From Congzhengia sp. (GTDB taxonomy: Bacteria; Bacillota; Clostridia; UBA1381; UBA9506), in contig JAZQBQ010000047.1 in the NCBI GenBank assembly GCA_045545755.1, positions 16,007 through 80,006 of the forward strand: DNA of 64,000 nucleotides. The letters run 5' to 3'. Of this stretch, positions 47,695 to 58,126 are shown piece by piece. Each line of letters opens with the position of its first letter. Within the stretch, counting starts at the first letter, position 1. The notes below the pieces were generated by a model. It saw only the letters and a program-made list of their open reading frames with translations. It made no database searches and was not told the DNA's origin. The translations under genes were made by a program, and so were the position numbers.

Positions 47695-48525
47695 ATGGCT
47701 ACGATTATTTCAATTGACTTTAATGCTTTGAGAGCTTGCAGAGAGCAAGGCTTCATTAACCCCCAGAAGGTAGAGAGTTCCCGAAGACAACTCGAATACG
47801 GTATGATCCAACCGGCTGAAGAACAAGTACATATCGAGATAGCTAACGAGCATACAGCCGAGCCTATCAAGAACATTGAGGACATTGACCGTATCTCTGA
47901 GTACCTTATCAGCAATGAGAGATATAGAGACAATATGCTCTTCATAGTTGGTATTAACTTCGGTCTTCGTATCAGCGATCTGCTTCAGCTCAGATTTACC
48001 CAGCTCATTAACGATGACTTCTCATTTAAGACCACATTCCCGATTCTGGAGAAGAAGACTCGTAATACCCGTAAGGTACAGCGCAACAGATACATCTCTA
48101 TCAACGATGCAGTTATGGATGCAGTTACATTATATCTACAGCATACACAGTGCAAGCTTGATGATTATCTGTTCCGTAGTGAGAGTAACCGAGGTTCTAA
48201 CCAGAACAAGCCAATGAGCCGAATGTCTGCTGACCGTATCCTTAAAGAGATTGCTGAAACGCTCTGCTTGGAGAACAAGATGGCAACCCATTCTCTCCGT
48301 AAGACATTCGCGTATCATCAGATGGTAATGTCCAACAACGACCCTCGTAAGCTCTTATTATTACAGAAGATGTTTGGACATTCGTCCGCTGCACAGACGC
48401 TTGACTACATTGGTATCACCGGCGAAGAGATTGAAGACGCTTACATGAAGCTCAATCTTGGTAGTCGCAGACACTACCTCATTGATAGCCACATCGAAGA
48501 GAGTATGATGCTCCCAGTATCCTAA
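47695..48525 (+). CDS. Tyrosine recombinase/integrase
   Basis: GLRISD, EKKT, HSLRKTF, FGHSS, TLDYIG: complete R-K-H-R-H-Y set. Confidence 0.92.
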   Translation: MATIISIDFNALRACREQGFINPQKVESSRRQLEYGMIQPAEEQVHIEIANEHTAEPIKNIEDIDRISEYLISNERYRDNMLFIVGINFGLRISDLLQLRFTQLINDDFSFKTTFPILEKKTRNTRKVQRNRYISINDAVMDAVTLYLQHTQCKLDDYLFRSESNRGSNQNKPMSRMSADRILKEIAETLCLENKMATHSLRKTFAYHQMVMSNNDPRKLLLLQKMFGHSSAAQTLDYIGITGEEIEDAYMKLNLGSRRHYLIDSHIEESMMLPVS

Positions 48526-48810
48526 CTCTCTGGTGTACTATCCACTGCTCCTTGACAACTGAATAATTGCTAACAGTACTATGTCTTGCTCGAACCCAAC
48601 AACTGTAAACCGAAATACTTGCAATAGTAATCTGAGTATTTCGTACTACATCTACAATGGAACTAAAAAATGTTTTTCTGTCTTTGTGATTGAAAATCAA
48701 AAGTCCTTTGTTTTCGGGGTTTTCCAGCCCTATTTTTTGAATTTTAGCACCGAGGCGGTGTTAAGTGCGAGTTCTCGTGTCGCCGTTTCTGGTCAATATT
48801 TGGAGGTTTT

Positions 48811-50082
48811 ATGGCAATAAAAGTGTGTGATGCTATTATGGGTTCCGGTAAGTCCAGTGCTGCCATCGCCTATATGAACGAGCATCCCCAACAGAAGTTT
48901 ATATATATAACGCCTTATCTTGAAGAGGCGGTTAGAATTCGAGAGTCCTGTCCTGCGCTCGACTTTAAGGAACCCAGCGACAAGATCCCCGAATTTGAGT
49001 TCAAGAAGTACAAACACACGGTCGGCTTAATTGCCGCCGGAAAGAATATCACCAGTACTCACAATATGTTCTTGAGGTACTCGGACGATATGATTGAAAT
49101 GATTAAAGAGCAAGGGTACACGCTAATCGTTGATGAAGCGGTTGAAGTACTGCGACCCTCTACCATTACCGCATCGGATATGCAATTGATAGAACAGGCG
49201 GGGTGGATTACCAAAGAGGACGGTATCATTACTCTCTCACCGTCGTTTGACTATGACGGGGGTAAGTTCAGCGAAGTCGTTGCTCTTGCGAGAGGAAATC
49301 GTCTCGTAGATATGCCGAGCTGTGGCTATGGCAACCTTTATTACTACTGGATATTTTCTAAAGACATCTTGCAGGCATTTAAGGATGTTATCGTCCTTAC
49401 CTATCTGTTTGAGTCACAGACAATGAAGTACTACTTCGATATTGTGAAACTACCGTACCAAAAGATCGGTATCCGACGAGATGCCCAAGGTGGCTATCAC
49501 TTTAGTGATACAATGGCGTATGTTCCCGAATACACGAAGGAGCTTTCATCGAAGATACATATTTTTGATAACGATAAGATGAACGCCATCGGAAATAAAA
49601 AGACCGCCCTCTCGTACACTTGGTACACGAGGACGAGTACTAAGGACGAAGACGGCGATGTTCTGCGAAAGAATGTCTATAACTTCTTCCGTAATTACAA
49701 TAAAGATAAACCGGCAGATGCACGATTGTGGGCAGCATATAAGAACGGCGAGACCTTCATCCGAGGTAAAGGATTTTATTACAGTAATATCGCGTTCAAT
49801 GCGAAAGCCACAAACAATTATCGTGACCGCAATGTTCTGGCGTACTGCGTAAACATCTTTATGCAACCCAGCGAGAAGCAGTATCTGCTTGCCAACGGCG
49901 CAAATGTCCTTGAGGACGAATATGCGTTATCCGTTATGATACAGTGGATTTGGAGATCCGCAATTCGTGACGGCGAAGAAATCTGGATTTATATTCCCAG
50001 TAAAAGAATGAGGACTCTCCTCCGTAATTGGATCGGGGAAGTCGAACAAAACTATATACATATTAAGGAGACCACTAAGTAA
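48811..50082 (+). CDS. P-loop/SF2 helicase-like protein
   Basis: DAIMGSGKSS, LIVDE, QWIWRSAIR. Confidence 0.7.
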   Translation: MAIKVCDAIMGSGKSSAAIAYMNEHPQQKFIYITPYLEEAVRIRESCPALDFKEPSDKIPEFEFKKYKHTVGLIAAGKNITSTHNMFLRYSDDMIEMIKEQGYTLIVDEAVEVLRPSTITASDMQLIEQAGWITKEDGIITLSPSFDYDGGKFSEVVALARGNRLVDMPSCGYGNLYYYWIFSKDILQAFKDVIVLTYLFESQTMKYYFDIVKLPYQKIGIRRDAQGGYHFSDTMAYVPEYTKELSSKIHIFDNDKMNAIGNKKTALSYTWYTRTSTKDEDGDVLRKNVYNFFRNYNKDKPADARLWAAYKNGETFIRGKGFYYSNIAFNAKATNNYRDRNVLAYCVNIFMQPSEKQYLLANGANVLEDEYALSVMIQWIWRSAIRDGEEIWIYIPSKRMRTLLRNWIGEVEQNYIHIKETTK

Positions 50083-50618
50083 TGAGTAAAGTATTGAATG
50101 ATGCACAGCGCAAGCTTGTCGAAGACAACCACAACCTAATCTATTCGTTTTTGAATAGTCGCCACTTGAGCCTTGACTCCGTTGAGGACTGGTACGGAAC
50201 CGCAGCCATCGGCTTATGTAAAGCCGCCTTAACCTTTGATGAAAGTCGAGGAGCTAAGTTTGCTACTCTGGCGTACATCTGTATGGACAACGAAGTGCGA
50301 CAGGTGTTGAGAAAGAACCGCAAGAATGTAACCGTTGTTGCGAGTCTTGATGATGATATTGCCACTGCTGAGGGCGGATGCTTCTTAGCCGATGTTATTC
50401 CCGACAGTCGAGATTTCTACTACCCCATTTATCTTAATGATGCGATTGAGATTGCGACCCGCAGTCTGAATGACCGAGATAAGCAAATCATCGACCTAAT
50501 TATCAACCACGGCTTGACCCACTCAGCCATTGCTATCAAGTTTGGTGTGGCTCAACCGACGGTATCACGAGTGTATGGTAAGTTCTTAAAGAAGATTAGA
50601 GAATATTTCATTGACTGA
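50082..50618 (+). CDS. Sigma-70 family RNA polymerase sigma factor
   Basis: IGLCKAA..FDESRG.KFAT.AY..MDNE; C-terminal HTH. Confidence 0.88.
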   Translation: MSKVLNDAQRKLVEDNHNLIYSFLNSRHLSLDSVEDWYGTAAIGLCKAALTFDESRGAKFATLAYICMDNEVRQVLRKNRKNVTVVASLDDDIATAEGGCFLADVIPDSRDFYYPIYLNDAIEIATRSLNDRDKQIIDLIINHGLTHSAIAIKFGVAQPTVSRVYGKFLKKIREYFID

Positions 50619-50640
50619 GGTCAATTATTTTTTAAGGCTA

Positions 50641-50662
50641 TCAATACAATTATAAAGAGTAA
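50641..50662 (+). promoter_or_regulatory. Conserved 22-bp motif upstream of the RNAP gene
   Basis: TCAATACAATTATAAAGAGTAA. Confidence 0.7.
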
Positions 50663-50677
50663 AAGGAGTGATGCGTT

Positions 50678-53416
50678 ATTTCAAAGCAACAGACATCTCA
50701 GAAATACATATTCAAGATCCACAGCTCTCGTTTAAGAAAAGCAAAGTGGAATCTAACCTTGCCGCTGTCTGAAGCACGCAAGAATGACGAGGTAATCTCG
50801 CTTAGCGATAGTCAGATGTTACGCTGGATTGACGAGTTAAACGGTATAGAAGACGCAGATTATACCGCCAAAAAGATCAAAAAAAGCATCAAAATGCTTA
50901 AAAAACAGCCAAATTCACTGCAAAATCGCCGAGAAATCAAGAAATTATACGAAAAACTGGACAAAGTACAGCATAAGCCCGATTATATGTGCCTTGTGAT
51001 TGACAAAGAGAAGGACTACCGCAGAGCCTGCCGAGGCTTCACGATTAACGATGTTAAGTATGTCCGACTGCTTGGAACCAACGGCGGTGTAAAGAACGAA
51101 ACGATTGTTTTCGTCAGTGAGCGTCTATCCAAAGAGCTTCGTGCTCGTATTAACAACGGTCGTGATGAAAGTGTAACCCTTATTCCTGCAAAGTTTGAGG
51201 CATACAGAGCCTTGACCTGTAGTGGTTCAATCCCAGTTTCGATGCCCAAGGGCATTTTGGTGGTCAACGACTGCGAGACAGAGTTTTATGAGGACATTAT
51301 CAGCTTGAATGACGCCAACAGCGACGAGCCGATTATGGAATATGTCCAGAACGAAAAGGTACAGTTGAATGAGTCTGACGGATATGGTCTGATGTTACCG
51401 TCTCTGGCTGAGCGTTGGTCTAAAGAGTTAGGTCTTGACTACTTGGTTAGCGGTGTGAACACCCGCTTCTCTTGGGAAAAGGGTATGATCTTCTGCTTCG
51501 ACTTCCTTGAGTTCGCCGATAATGTGGCTCACACCCGTATGGTAAAAGATGCTTGGGGTAATGAGGTCGATATTTCAACTGTTGAGCTTATCCTTACCAC
51601 TTCGATGTTGAAGTTGTGGAAGTGCTACTCCAGTATTGAGCACTATCTTGAGTGCTGCGAGAAGAACCACTACACATTTGGCGTAGCAAAGACTTGTCCT
51701 AAAGAGCTTGAGAGCGAGCGCGACCTAAACTACCAGTTCATTCAGAGCTACAATTTGAATGACGAGCAGATTAACGAGCTGATTCAGCCTACTGTTGACG
51801 ACATCAAAGACATTCTCTCCGGAGATTACCAGAAAGCAATCCTGTTCCTTAAAGGTATGTATCTCAACGAGGACAACATTGACTACATTGAGAGCGACTT
51901 TACCAAGGCGCTGATGATTGACAAGCGCATTTACAATGACCCATTTGTTAAGCGTAAGATTTACCAAATGGTTCGTAAGCGCATCAACGATGCGAAGATC
52001 GGCGTTATCCGTGTTCACGGTAACTACTCCATTGTTTCTGGCGACCCCTATTCACTGTGTCAGAGCATTTTTGGATTGCCGGTTACAGGATTGTTGAAGA
52101 AAGGCGAAGCATACAATCGCTTTTGGGTTGACCGCAACACTGAAAAGGTGGTTTGTTTCCGAGCGCCTATGACCTGTCATAATAATATTCGTCTGATGCA
52201 CATCCCGAATAACGACGAAGTTAACCATTGGTATCGCTACATGACTGCTTGTACGATTTTCAACTCGTGGGATACGGCAGCACACGCATTGAACGGTATG
52301 GATAAGGACGGCGACTTGGTATTGCTGACTGATAATAAGGTCTTAGTCGAAAATTATCGTCCCCTACCTGCGATTATGTGCGCTCAGCGTAACGCAACTA
52401 AGGTTGAGGTTACTGAGGAACTGCTTATCCAGTCTAACATCGACAGTTTCGGTGATGATATCGGTAAGACTACGAACTGGATCACAACTATGTTTGATGT
52501 TCAGTCACAGTACGAACCCGATAGCGAGGAATATCAGGTATTAGACTACCGTATTAAGTGTGGTCAGTTGTATCAGCAGAACTCAATCGACAAGGCTAAG
52601 GGCATTATTGCTAAACCGATGCCAAAGGATTGGTATGATCGAGCGGCTAACCGCATTACCGACGACTTATCTGAAGAGGAAGTACAGCGTAGGCTGTTCA
52701 ATCTTCGTGTACTGGCTGACAAGAAGCCATACTTTATGCGCTACATCTATCCCAATTTAATGAGCCAGTACAATACATACATAAAAAACACCGACAAGAA
52801 GTGTGTTCGTGAGTTCAGACAGACTATTGAAGAGTTAATGGCAAAGAGTCCCGACGAGCTCACACAGGCAGAGGCTGAATTTATCGACTACTACATTCAG
52901 AGAATGCCGGTTGGTATGCACCCTTGTGTAATGAATAAGATTTGCAGACGCTTCGAGGAAGAGTTTGACAACTACTTCCTAAAGAACATTTCCGAAGAAG
53001 ACTTCGATTATAGCATTATGAAGAGTGGTCAGGAGTACACCACCACACAGTATAATGCGATTGCAAAGCTGTATGAACAGTACACTAAGCGTTTGCAGGA
53101 ATATATGCAGTTCAGTAAGCGAGAACGAATTGATGAAGACGAGTCAGCAACAAAGCGAAGCCTTATGGTTCGTGATTTTAAGGTTGAGTGTGAACGAGCG
53201 TGTTCTAACTCTGCGCAGTTGTGCGACATCATTCTTGATTTATGTTATCGCCGTAGCGGATCCAAACAGTTCTGTTGGGATATATGCAGTGAAGAGATTA
53301 TTGAAAATCTACTGAAGAACAATGACAACACTATATACTTCCCAGTACAGGACGAGGGTGGCGACATTGAGTTCTGCGGAAAGAGATTTACACTTGAAAG
53401 TAAGGGAGGCATATAA
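50678..53416 (+). CDS. YonO-like single-subunit (two-barrel) phage RNA polymerase; probable ATT start
   Basis: SDGYG, RAP, catalytic GMDKDGD (DxDGD), IDKAKG; frame open from 50672 with RBS AAGGAG at 50663. Confidence 0.85.
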   Translation: MSKQQTSQKYIFKIHSSRLRKAKWNLTLPLSEARKNDEVISLSDSQMLRWIDELNGIEDADYTAKKIKKSIKMLKKQPNSLQNRREIKKLYEKLDKVQHKPDYMCLVIDKEKDYRRACRGFTINDVKYVRLLGTNGGVKNETIVFVSERLSKELRARINNGRDESVTLIPAKFEAYRALTCSGSIPVSMPKGILVVNDCETEFYEDIISLNDANSDEPIMEYVQNEKVQLNESDGYGLMLPSLAERWSKELGLDYLVSGVNTRFSWEKGMIFCFDFLEFADNVAHTRMVKDAWGNEVDISTVELILTTSMLKLWKCYSSIEHYLECCEKNHYTFGVAKTCPKELESERDLNYQFIQSYNLNDEQINELIQPTVDDIKDILSGDYQKAILFLKGMYLNEDNIDYIESDFTKALMIDKRIYNDPFVKRKIYQMVRKRINDAKIGVIRVHGNYSIVSGDPYSLCQSIFGLPVTGLLKKGEAYNRFWVDRNTEKVVCFRAPMTCHNNIRLMHIPNNDEVNHWYRYMTACTIFNSWDTAAHALNGMDKDGDLVLLTDNKVLVENYRPLPAIMCAQRNATKVEVTEELLIQSNIDSFGDDIGKTTNWITTMFDVQSQYEPDSEEYQVLDYRIKCGQLYQQNSIDKAKGIIAKPMPKDWYDRAANRITDDLSEEEVQRRLFNLRVLADKKPYFMRYIYPNLMSQYNTYIKNTDKKCVREFRQTIEELMAKSPDELTQAEAEFIDYYIQRMPVGMHPCVMNKICRRFEEEFDNYFLKNISEEDFDYSIMKSGQEYTTTQYNAIAKLYEQYTKRLQEYMQFSKRERIDEDESATKRSLMVRDFKVECERACSNSAQLCDIILDLCYRRSGSKQFCWDICSEEIIENLLKNNDNTIYFPVQDEGGDIEFCGKRFTLESKGGI

Positions 53417-54169
53417 ATGACCAACATTGTTCTGAACGAGAAAGCGTGTGCGGAGTATGCGCTTGAGAATTTAATCCTTGGCTCAAAGCCCACCGAGACT
53501 TTGGGTCGAGTCGCAAGATATTATTATAGCATCGGCTATAAAAAGAAGGAGATCGGCAGTCTGCTTGAAGACTTTATGTTGAAGTGCGACCCCACTATCA
53601 ACATCGTAAAGTGGCAGGCTACCATTGATAAACAGGTTAACAGCGCTGATAAGTACGAGCTTATCGACATTTCGGGAGTTGAAATTACCCAGAGCGAAAT
53701 TGACAAGATACAGCAGATTGAGGGTAAGTTGCTTCAAAGGTTGATGTTTACGATGCTTTGCCTTGCTAAGTATGGTAATGCCATCAACCCCAACAATAAC
53801 AACTGGGTGAACCGTAAAGATAAGGAAATCTTCAGTCTTGCTAACATTACGCTCACGACCAAGAGACAGTCGTTGTTGATTAACGACCTCTGGACGATGC
53901 AATACATAGGATATAGCCGAGTTGTGGACAATATCAACATCAATGTCAAGATTGTTGATAACGAGAGTCCGACGGTGCTATATATCAGTGATTTCCGTAA
54001 TTTGGGCAATCAATATATGAGATACTGCGGTGAAAAGTATATTGAGTGTGAGTGCTGTGGCAAGGTGGTCAAGGAAAAGCACGGAAAACAGCGCTATTGT
54101 ACTGAGTGTGCTACGGAGATTGACCGCCAAAAATCATTGGAACGATACTATAAATCGCACAATTCTTAA
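53417..54169 (+). CDS. Hypothetical protein with C-terminal Zn ribbon
   Basis: CECCG..YCTEC. Confidence 0.6.
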   Translation: MTNIVLNEKACAEYALENLILGSKPTETLGRVARYYYSIGYKKKEIGSLLEDFMLKCDPTINIVKWQATIDKQVNSADKYELIDISGVEITQSEIDKIQQIEGKLLQRLMFTMLCLAKYGNAINPNNNNWVNRKDKEIFSLANITLTTKRQSLLINDLWTMQYIGYSRVVDNININVKIVDNESPTVLYISDFRNLGNQYMRYCGEKYIECECCGKVVKEKHGKQRYCTECATEIDRQKSLERYYKSHNS

Positions 54170-54173
54170 CTTG

Positions 54174-54195
54174 TCAATACAATTATAAAGAATAA
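54174..54195 (+). promoter_or_regulatory. Conserved 22-bp motif
   Basis: Exact TCAATACAATTATAAAGAATAA. Confidence 0.7.
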
Positions 54196-54315
54196 ACTTC
54201 GATTTAACAATACCTCGAAAGGTGCGTGTTTTCGCACCTTTCTGGGTATGTGTCATTCTATCTACTAATGATAGAAAATACCGAATTTTCTTAACGAAAT
54301 GAAAGGATTGTTTGA

Positions 54316-54462
54316 ATGATTAGTATCACTAAAGAGGAAACAAAGCTTATCCGTAAGTATTTTCCGTATGTACATATCAGACGCACTATGCACAAGTACT
54401 ATATGGAAGAAAACAAGAAGGCTATGGATTTCCTTAAAAATTGCAATGCAAACAAAAAGTAA
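54316..54462 (+). CDS. Small hypothetical protein (48 aa, below the ORF-track cutoff)
   Basis: GAAAGGA RBS; MISITKEETKLIRKYFP.. Confidence 0.55.
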   Translation: MISITKEETKLIRKYFPYVHIRRTMHKYYMEENKKAMDFLKNCNANKK

Positions 54463-54475
54463 GGAGTGAGGGCGC

Positions 54476-55702
54476 GTGAACGAAAATGTTAATTTTATGA
54501 AAGCCCCCGATGAATCCGAGCTTCAGTACATCTGGAGAATGTGCTCAGCGAAAGACGCAGGCGTAATTGAATTAACATGGACAGAACTCGCCGAAATTTT
54601 GAATAAAGAGCTGGTGGACGACGAGAGCGAATATCTTGGAGAATCGGCGTACCGTAAAAAGTACCAGCAGGCTAAAGCCTTTTATGATGAAGTCTTCTCT
54701 CGAATGGTCTCAGAAGAATATCACGACCGAATTGCAGAGAGAGAACGAGCATTACAGAAAACACTCTACAAGGTGCAAACCGAAAAGTTAGAGTACAACA
54801 GATGGTTGCGTGAAGATGCACGAGATGAACTTTTTGAAGAAAAAGTCATCGAATCAATCAGGAAATATTCAAGTGTCTCCAACCCACCCAGAGCAATTGA
54901 TGTTGTTCACGGTAAGCGTGCAGGCGTGTTAGTTATAGCCGACTGCCACTTTGGTAAGGAATACAAGATCTATGGACTCTTAAACGAGGTAATCAACGAG
55001 TATAGTCCTGAAATCTTCTATTCTCGTATGGAGCAAGTTTTCAATGAGACTCTTGAGCAGATTGAAAAAGAGGGTCTCTCTGTTATACATATATACAATC
55101 TCGGCGATAGCGTCGAGGGATTCATCAGAAATTCGCAATTGTGGAGTCTGCGTTGGGGCGTGATTGACTCTGCCACTATCTTTGGTAACTATATGGGCGA
55201 CTGGCTAAAGACATTATCCAGTAAAGTGTCAATCGTTTATCACCAAACAGATGGTAACCACGATGAATTGCGATTGTTAGACGGCAAGAAAGGACAGCAC
55301 TTGTGCGAGTCCGCCGGCAAAATTATCAAAAATTGCATCGTTCTAAAGAATGAGGGCAATCCCAACTTCCAGTATGTCGAGAACAAAACAGGACTTATCT
55401 TTGATAATGTCTGTGGTTACAACATTCTCGGCGTTCACGGAGAGGTTAAGAATTTGTCTCAGGCAATTATGGAGTTCGATAACATCTATGATACAAAGAT
55501 CTCCTATCTGATTGCTGGACACAAACATCACGGCGAGTTTAAGAATTGCGGCGTGAGAAAAGGTTGTATTGGCGTTGGTTCAATCATCGGCAACGATGAA
55601 TTCTCAATGACAATACGGCAGTGTGCAGATGCAACTGCATCCTTTATTGTGTTTGAAGAAGGGAAAGGAAAAGTTGACGAACACACTTATGTTTTGAATT
55701 GA
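54476..55702 (+). CDS. Metallophosphoesterase/nuclease with N-terminal coiled coil
   Basis: ADCHFG, LGD, GNHD, VHG and GHKHH motifs. Confidence 0.8.
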   Translation: MNENVNFMKAPDESELQYIWRMCSAKDAGVIELTWTELAEILNKELVDDESEYLGESAYRKKYQQAKAFYDEVFSRMVSEEYHDRIAERERALQKTLYKVQTEKLEYNRWLREDARDELFEEKVIESIRKYSSVSNPPRAIDVVHGKRAGVLVIADCHFGKEYKIYGLLNEVINEYSPEIFYSRMEQVFNETLEQIEKEGLSVIHIYNLGDSVEGFIRNSQLWSLRWGVIDSATIFGNYMGDWLKTLSSKVSIVYHQTDGNHDELRLLDGKKGQHLCESAGKIIKNCIVLKNEGNPNFQYVENKTGLIFDNVCGYNILGVHGEVKNLSQAIMEFDNIYDTKISYLIAGHKHHGEFKNCGVRKGCIGVGSIIGNDEFSMTIRQCADATASFIVFEEGKGKVDEHTYVLN

Positions 55703-55724
55703 CCACAGAGAGGAGTGACTTGCT

Positions 55725-56753
55725 ATGTCAAGAAAAACAAAGATGAATGTGTTGACGAGCGAGGAATTGATTAAGCAGGTCAATCCCGATAATATTCGAT
55801 TGAAGGAAGATTTCTTGTCTTATCTTCGATCTGTGCAAAGAAGCCCAAAGACTATCTATTGTTATGAAAATGACCTTGATATTTTCTTTGTGTGGAATGC
55901 GCAGCACAACCGAAATAAGTTCTTCCCACAGATTTCAAAGCGTGATTTGGTTGCTTACCAATATTGGCTGCTTAATGAAAATGGTAACTCTCCCGCTCGT
56001 GTCCGTAGGTTAAAATCTACTATCTCGTCTCTGAGCAATTACATTGAGACGATTTGCGACGACGAGCCAGAGTTTAAGGATTTCCGATCAATCGTGAAAA
56101 AAGTTGAGAACCCAGTTAACCAACCCGTAAGAGAAAAGACGGTTCTCAAAGACGAACAACTTGATGCTTTGCTTGACCATTTGGTTGAGAAAAAGAAATA
56201 TGATAAAGCTTGTATGCTTGCGCTTGCTATGTGCTCTGGTAGGCGTAAGGCAGAGCTTGTTCGTTTTAAGGTGTCTTACTTTGATGATGCTAATATCATC
56301 TATGGTTCTTTATACAAGACACCGGAAGCGGTTAAAACAAAGGGTCGTGGCAACGGTAAATTCATTCACTGCTACACTCTCCGTCATAAGTTTAAGCCAT
56401 ATCTTGATATGTGGCTTGCTGAAAGGGAGAAGCGTGGCATTAAAAGTGAATGGTTATTCCCGCGCAAGGACGACTTAAATGAGCATCTCAAGCCCGAAAC
56501 TCTTAACAGTTGGGCAAACACATTCACAAAATTTCTCGGTGTTGATTTCTACTGGCACTGTCTAAGACACTACTTTACCACTCACTTGGTAAGAATGGGT
56601 CTTCCCGATGGTGTTATTCAAGATATTATTGGTTGGTCTTCTGCGGATATGTTGAGGTTATATACCGATATTCCAGTTGACGAACAAATCGGTAAATATT
56701 TCGACGAAAATGGTATCAAAACAGTAGATAAGGCATCAATTTCAGATTTATAA
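55725..56753 (+). CDS. Tyrosine recombinase (XerC/D-like)
   Basis: SAM-like N-terminus, GRRKAE, KTKG, HCLRH, GW, LY. Confidence 0.88.
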   Translation: MSRKTKMNVLTSEELIKQVNPDNIRLKEDFLSYLRSVQRSPKTIYCYENDLDIFFVWNAQHNRNKFFPQISKRDLVAYQYWLLNENGNSPARVRRLKSTISSLSNYIETICDDEPEFKDFRSIVKKVENPVNQPVREKTVLKDEQLDALLDHLVEKKKYDKACMLALAMCSGRRKAELVRFKVSYFDDANIIYGSLYKTPEAVKTKGRGNGKFIHCYTLRHKFKPYLDMWLAEREKRGIKSEWLFPRKDDLNEHLKPETLNSWANTFTKFLGVDFYWHCLRHYFTTHLVRMGLPDGVIQDIIGWSSADMLRLYTDIPVDEQIGKYFDENGIKTVDKASISDL

Positions 56754-56777
56754 CCAGAATGAAAGGATTAAATACAT

Positions 56778-57068
56778 ATGTTAAAACGAAATGATATTAT
56801 TGAGCGACTTGCCTTGAATGGCTACACGAAGAAGGATGCCGGTGTGATCCTTGATGATGTAATCAAGATTATCACCGAAGCGTTGGTTGAGGGTGAAAGC
56901 GTACAGATCCACGGATTTGGTACATTCGATGTTAAAGAATGTAAGCCTCGTGAGACTGTTGACCTACAGACCAAAGAGCGAATTGTTATTCCTGCTTACA
57001 AAGCACCCAAGTTTACCGCAGGTAAGCTGTTAAAGCGTGCAGTCAAGGAAGGCTTCATCAGAGAATAA
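56778..57068 (+). CDS. hup: HU-like DNA-binding protein
   Basis: VQIHGFGTF..IPAYKAPKFTAGKLLK. Confidence 0.9.
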   Translation: MLKRNDIIERLALNGYTKKDAGVILDDVIKIITEALVEGESVQIHGFGTFDVKECKPRETVDLQTKERIVIPAYKAPKFTAGKLLKRAVKEGFIRE

Positions 57069-57082
57069 GTTGGTGATTTGCA

Positions 57083-58126
57083 ATGGCGAGAACAAGCAAA
57101 ATTCAATCAACAAGCACTAAGCCAAAACAAGCCGCTCCACTAAAAGATGAACGCACAGAGTTCTACTGCTGTCGTTGTCAAAAAGAATATAAAAGGCAGA
57201 AAGCAAATTTTCCTGCCTCCCAAAGTACTCTTTACAAGGGTAATGGCGGTTACTTGGCAATTTGTAACAACTGTGTTGATGAATTGTTCGAGCACTATAA
57301 AGCAGCACTCGGTAATGAGGCAGATGCTATTCGACGCGTCTGCCTCAAATTTGATATTTACTGGAATCCAGAAATATATCAAATGCTGAACAAAGCAAGT
57401 ACAAGCCAGTCCCGCGTAAGAGCCTATATCAGCAAAACAAACCTATATAAATATATCGGTAAAACATTTGATGATACGCTCGACGAAGAATACGCTCAGA
57501 AGCTTGAGGCAGAAGCTGCCGCACAAGCAGAATATGAGGAGTCTATCGTAAAAAATGTTGAGCCGATTCTCGACGATGACAACGAAATCGTCGTTGACGA
57601 AAAAGTGATTCAATATTGGGGTACTGGTTTTACTTCCGAAATGTATATCGAATTGGAAAATAGGCGTAATTACTGGATGTCGCAATATCCACCCGGAACA
57701 GTCTTAAACCCCGGCGAAGAGGGTCTTTTAAGACAAATCTGTAACTTGGAGATTAGCATTAACCAAGACCGCGCCGCAGGTAAACCAATTGAGAAAAGCG
57801 TAAATACGCTTAATACATTGTTCGGCAGTATGAACATTAAACCCTCTCAAAAGAGAGAGGTTGAGGAAAACTATATTCCTTTTGGATGTGAAATTGCACG
57901 CTTTGAAGAAAGCGACCCGATTCCAGATCCAGATCCAGAATTTGAAGATGTTGATGGTATGCGCCGCAATATCCTAACTTGGTTCTTAGGTTCACTGTGT
58001 AAAACCGCTGGAGTTAAAAACGAATATAGTGATTTGTTTGAAGAAGAAATCGCTAAATATACCGTTGAGCGACCTAAATACGATGACCCCGAAGATGATA
58101 TTGAGGAAAGTGAAACGGTGGTATAA
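57083..58126 (+). CDS. Zn-binding protein upstream of terminase (possible small terminase subunit)
   Basis: CCRC..ICNNC; translationally coupled to TerL. Confidence 0.5.
   Translation: MARTSKIQSTSTKPKQAAPLKDERTEFYCCRCQKEYKRQKANFPASQSTLYKGNGGYLAICNNCVDELFEHYKAALGNEADAIRRVCLKFDIYWNPEIYQMLNKASTSQSRVRAYISKTNLYKYIGKTFDDTLDEEYAQKLEAEAAAQAEYEESIVKNVEPILDDDNEIVVDEKVIQYWGTGFTSEMYIELENRRNYWMSQYPPGTVLNPGEEGLLRQICNLEISINQDRAAGKPIEKSVNTLNTLFGSMNIKPSQKREVEENYIPFGCEIARFEESDPIPDPDPEFEDVDGMRRNILTWFLGSLCKTAGVKNEYSDLFEEEIAKYTVERPKYDDPEDDIEESETVV

Noticed and set aside
47695-56753. Integrases marking a prophage boundary (att site)
   Set aside because: Phage-type genes continue on both sides, and no host genes or att duplication are visible.
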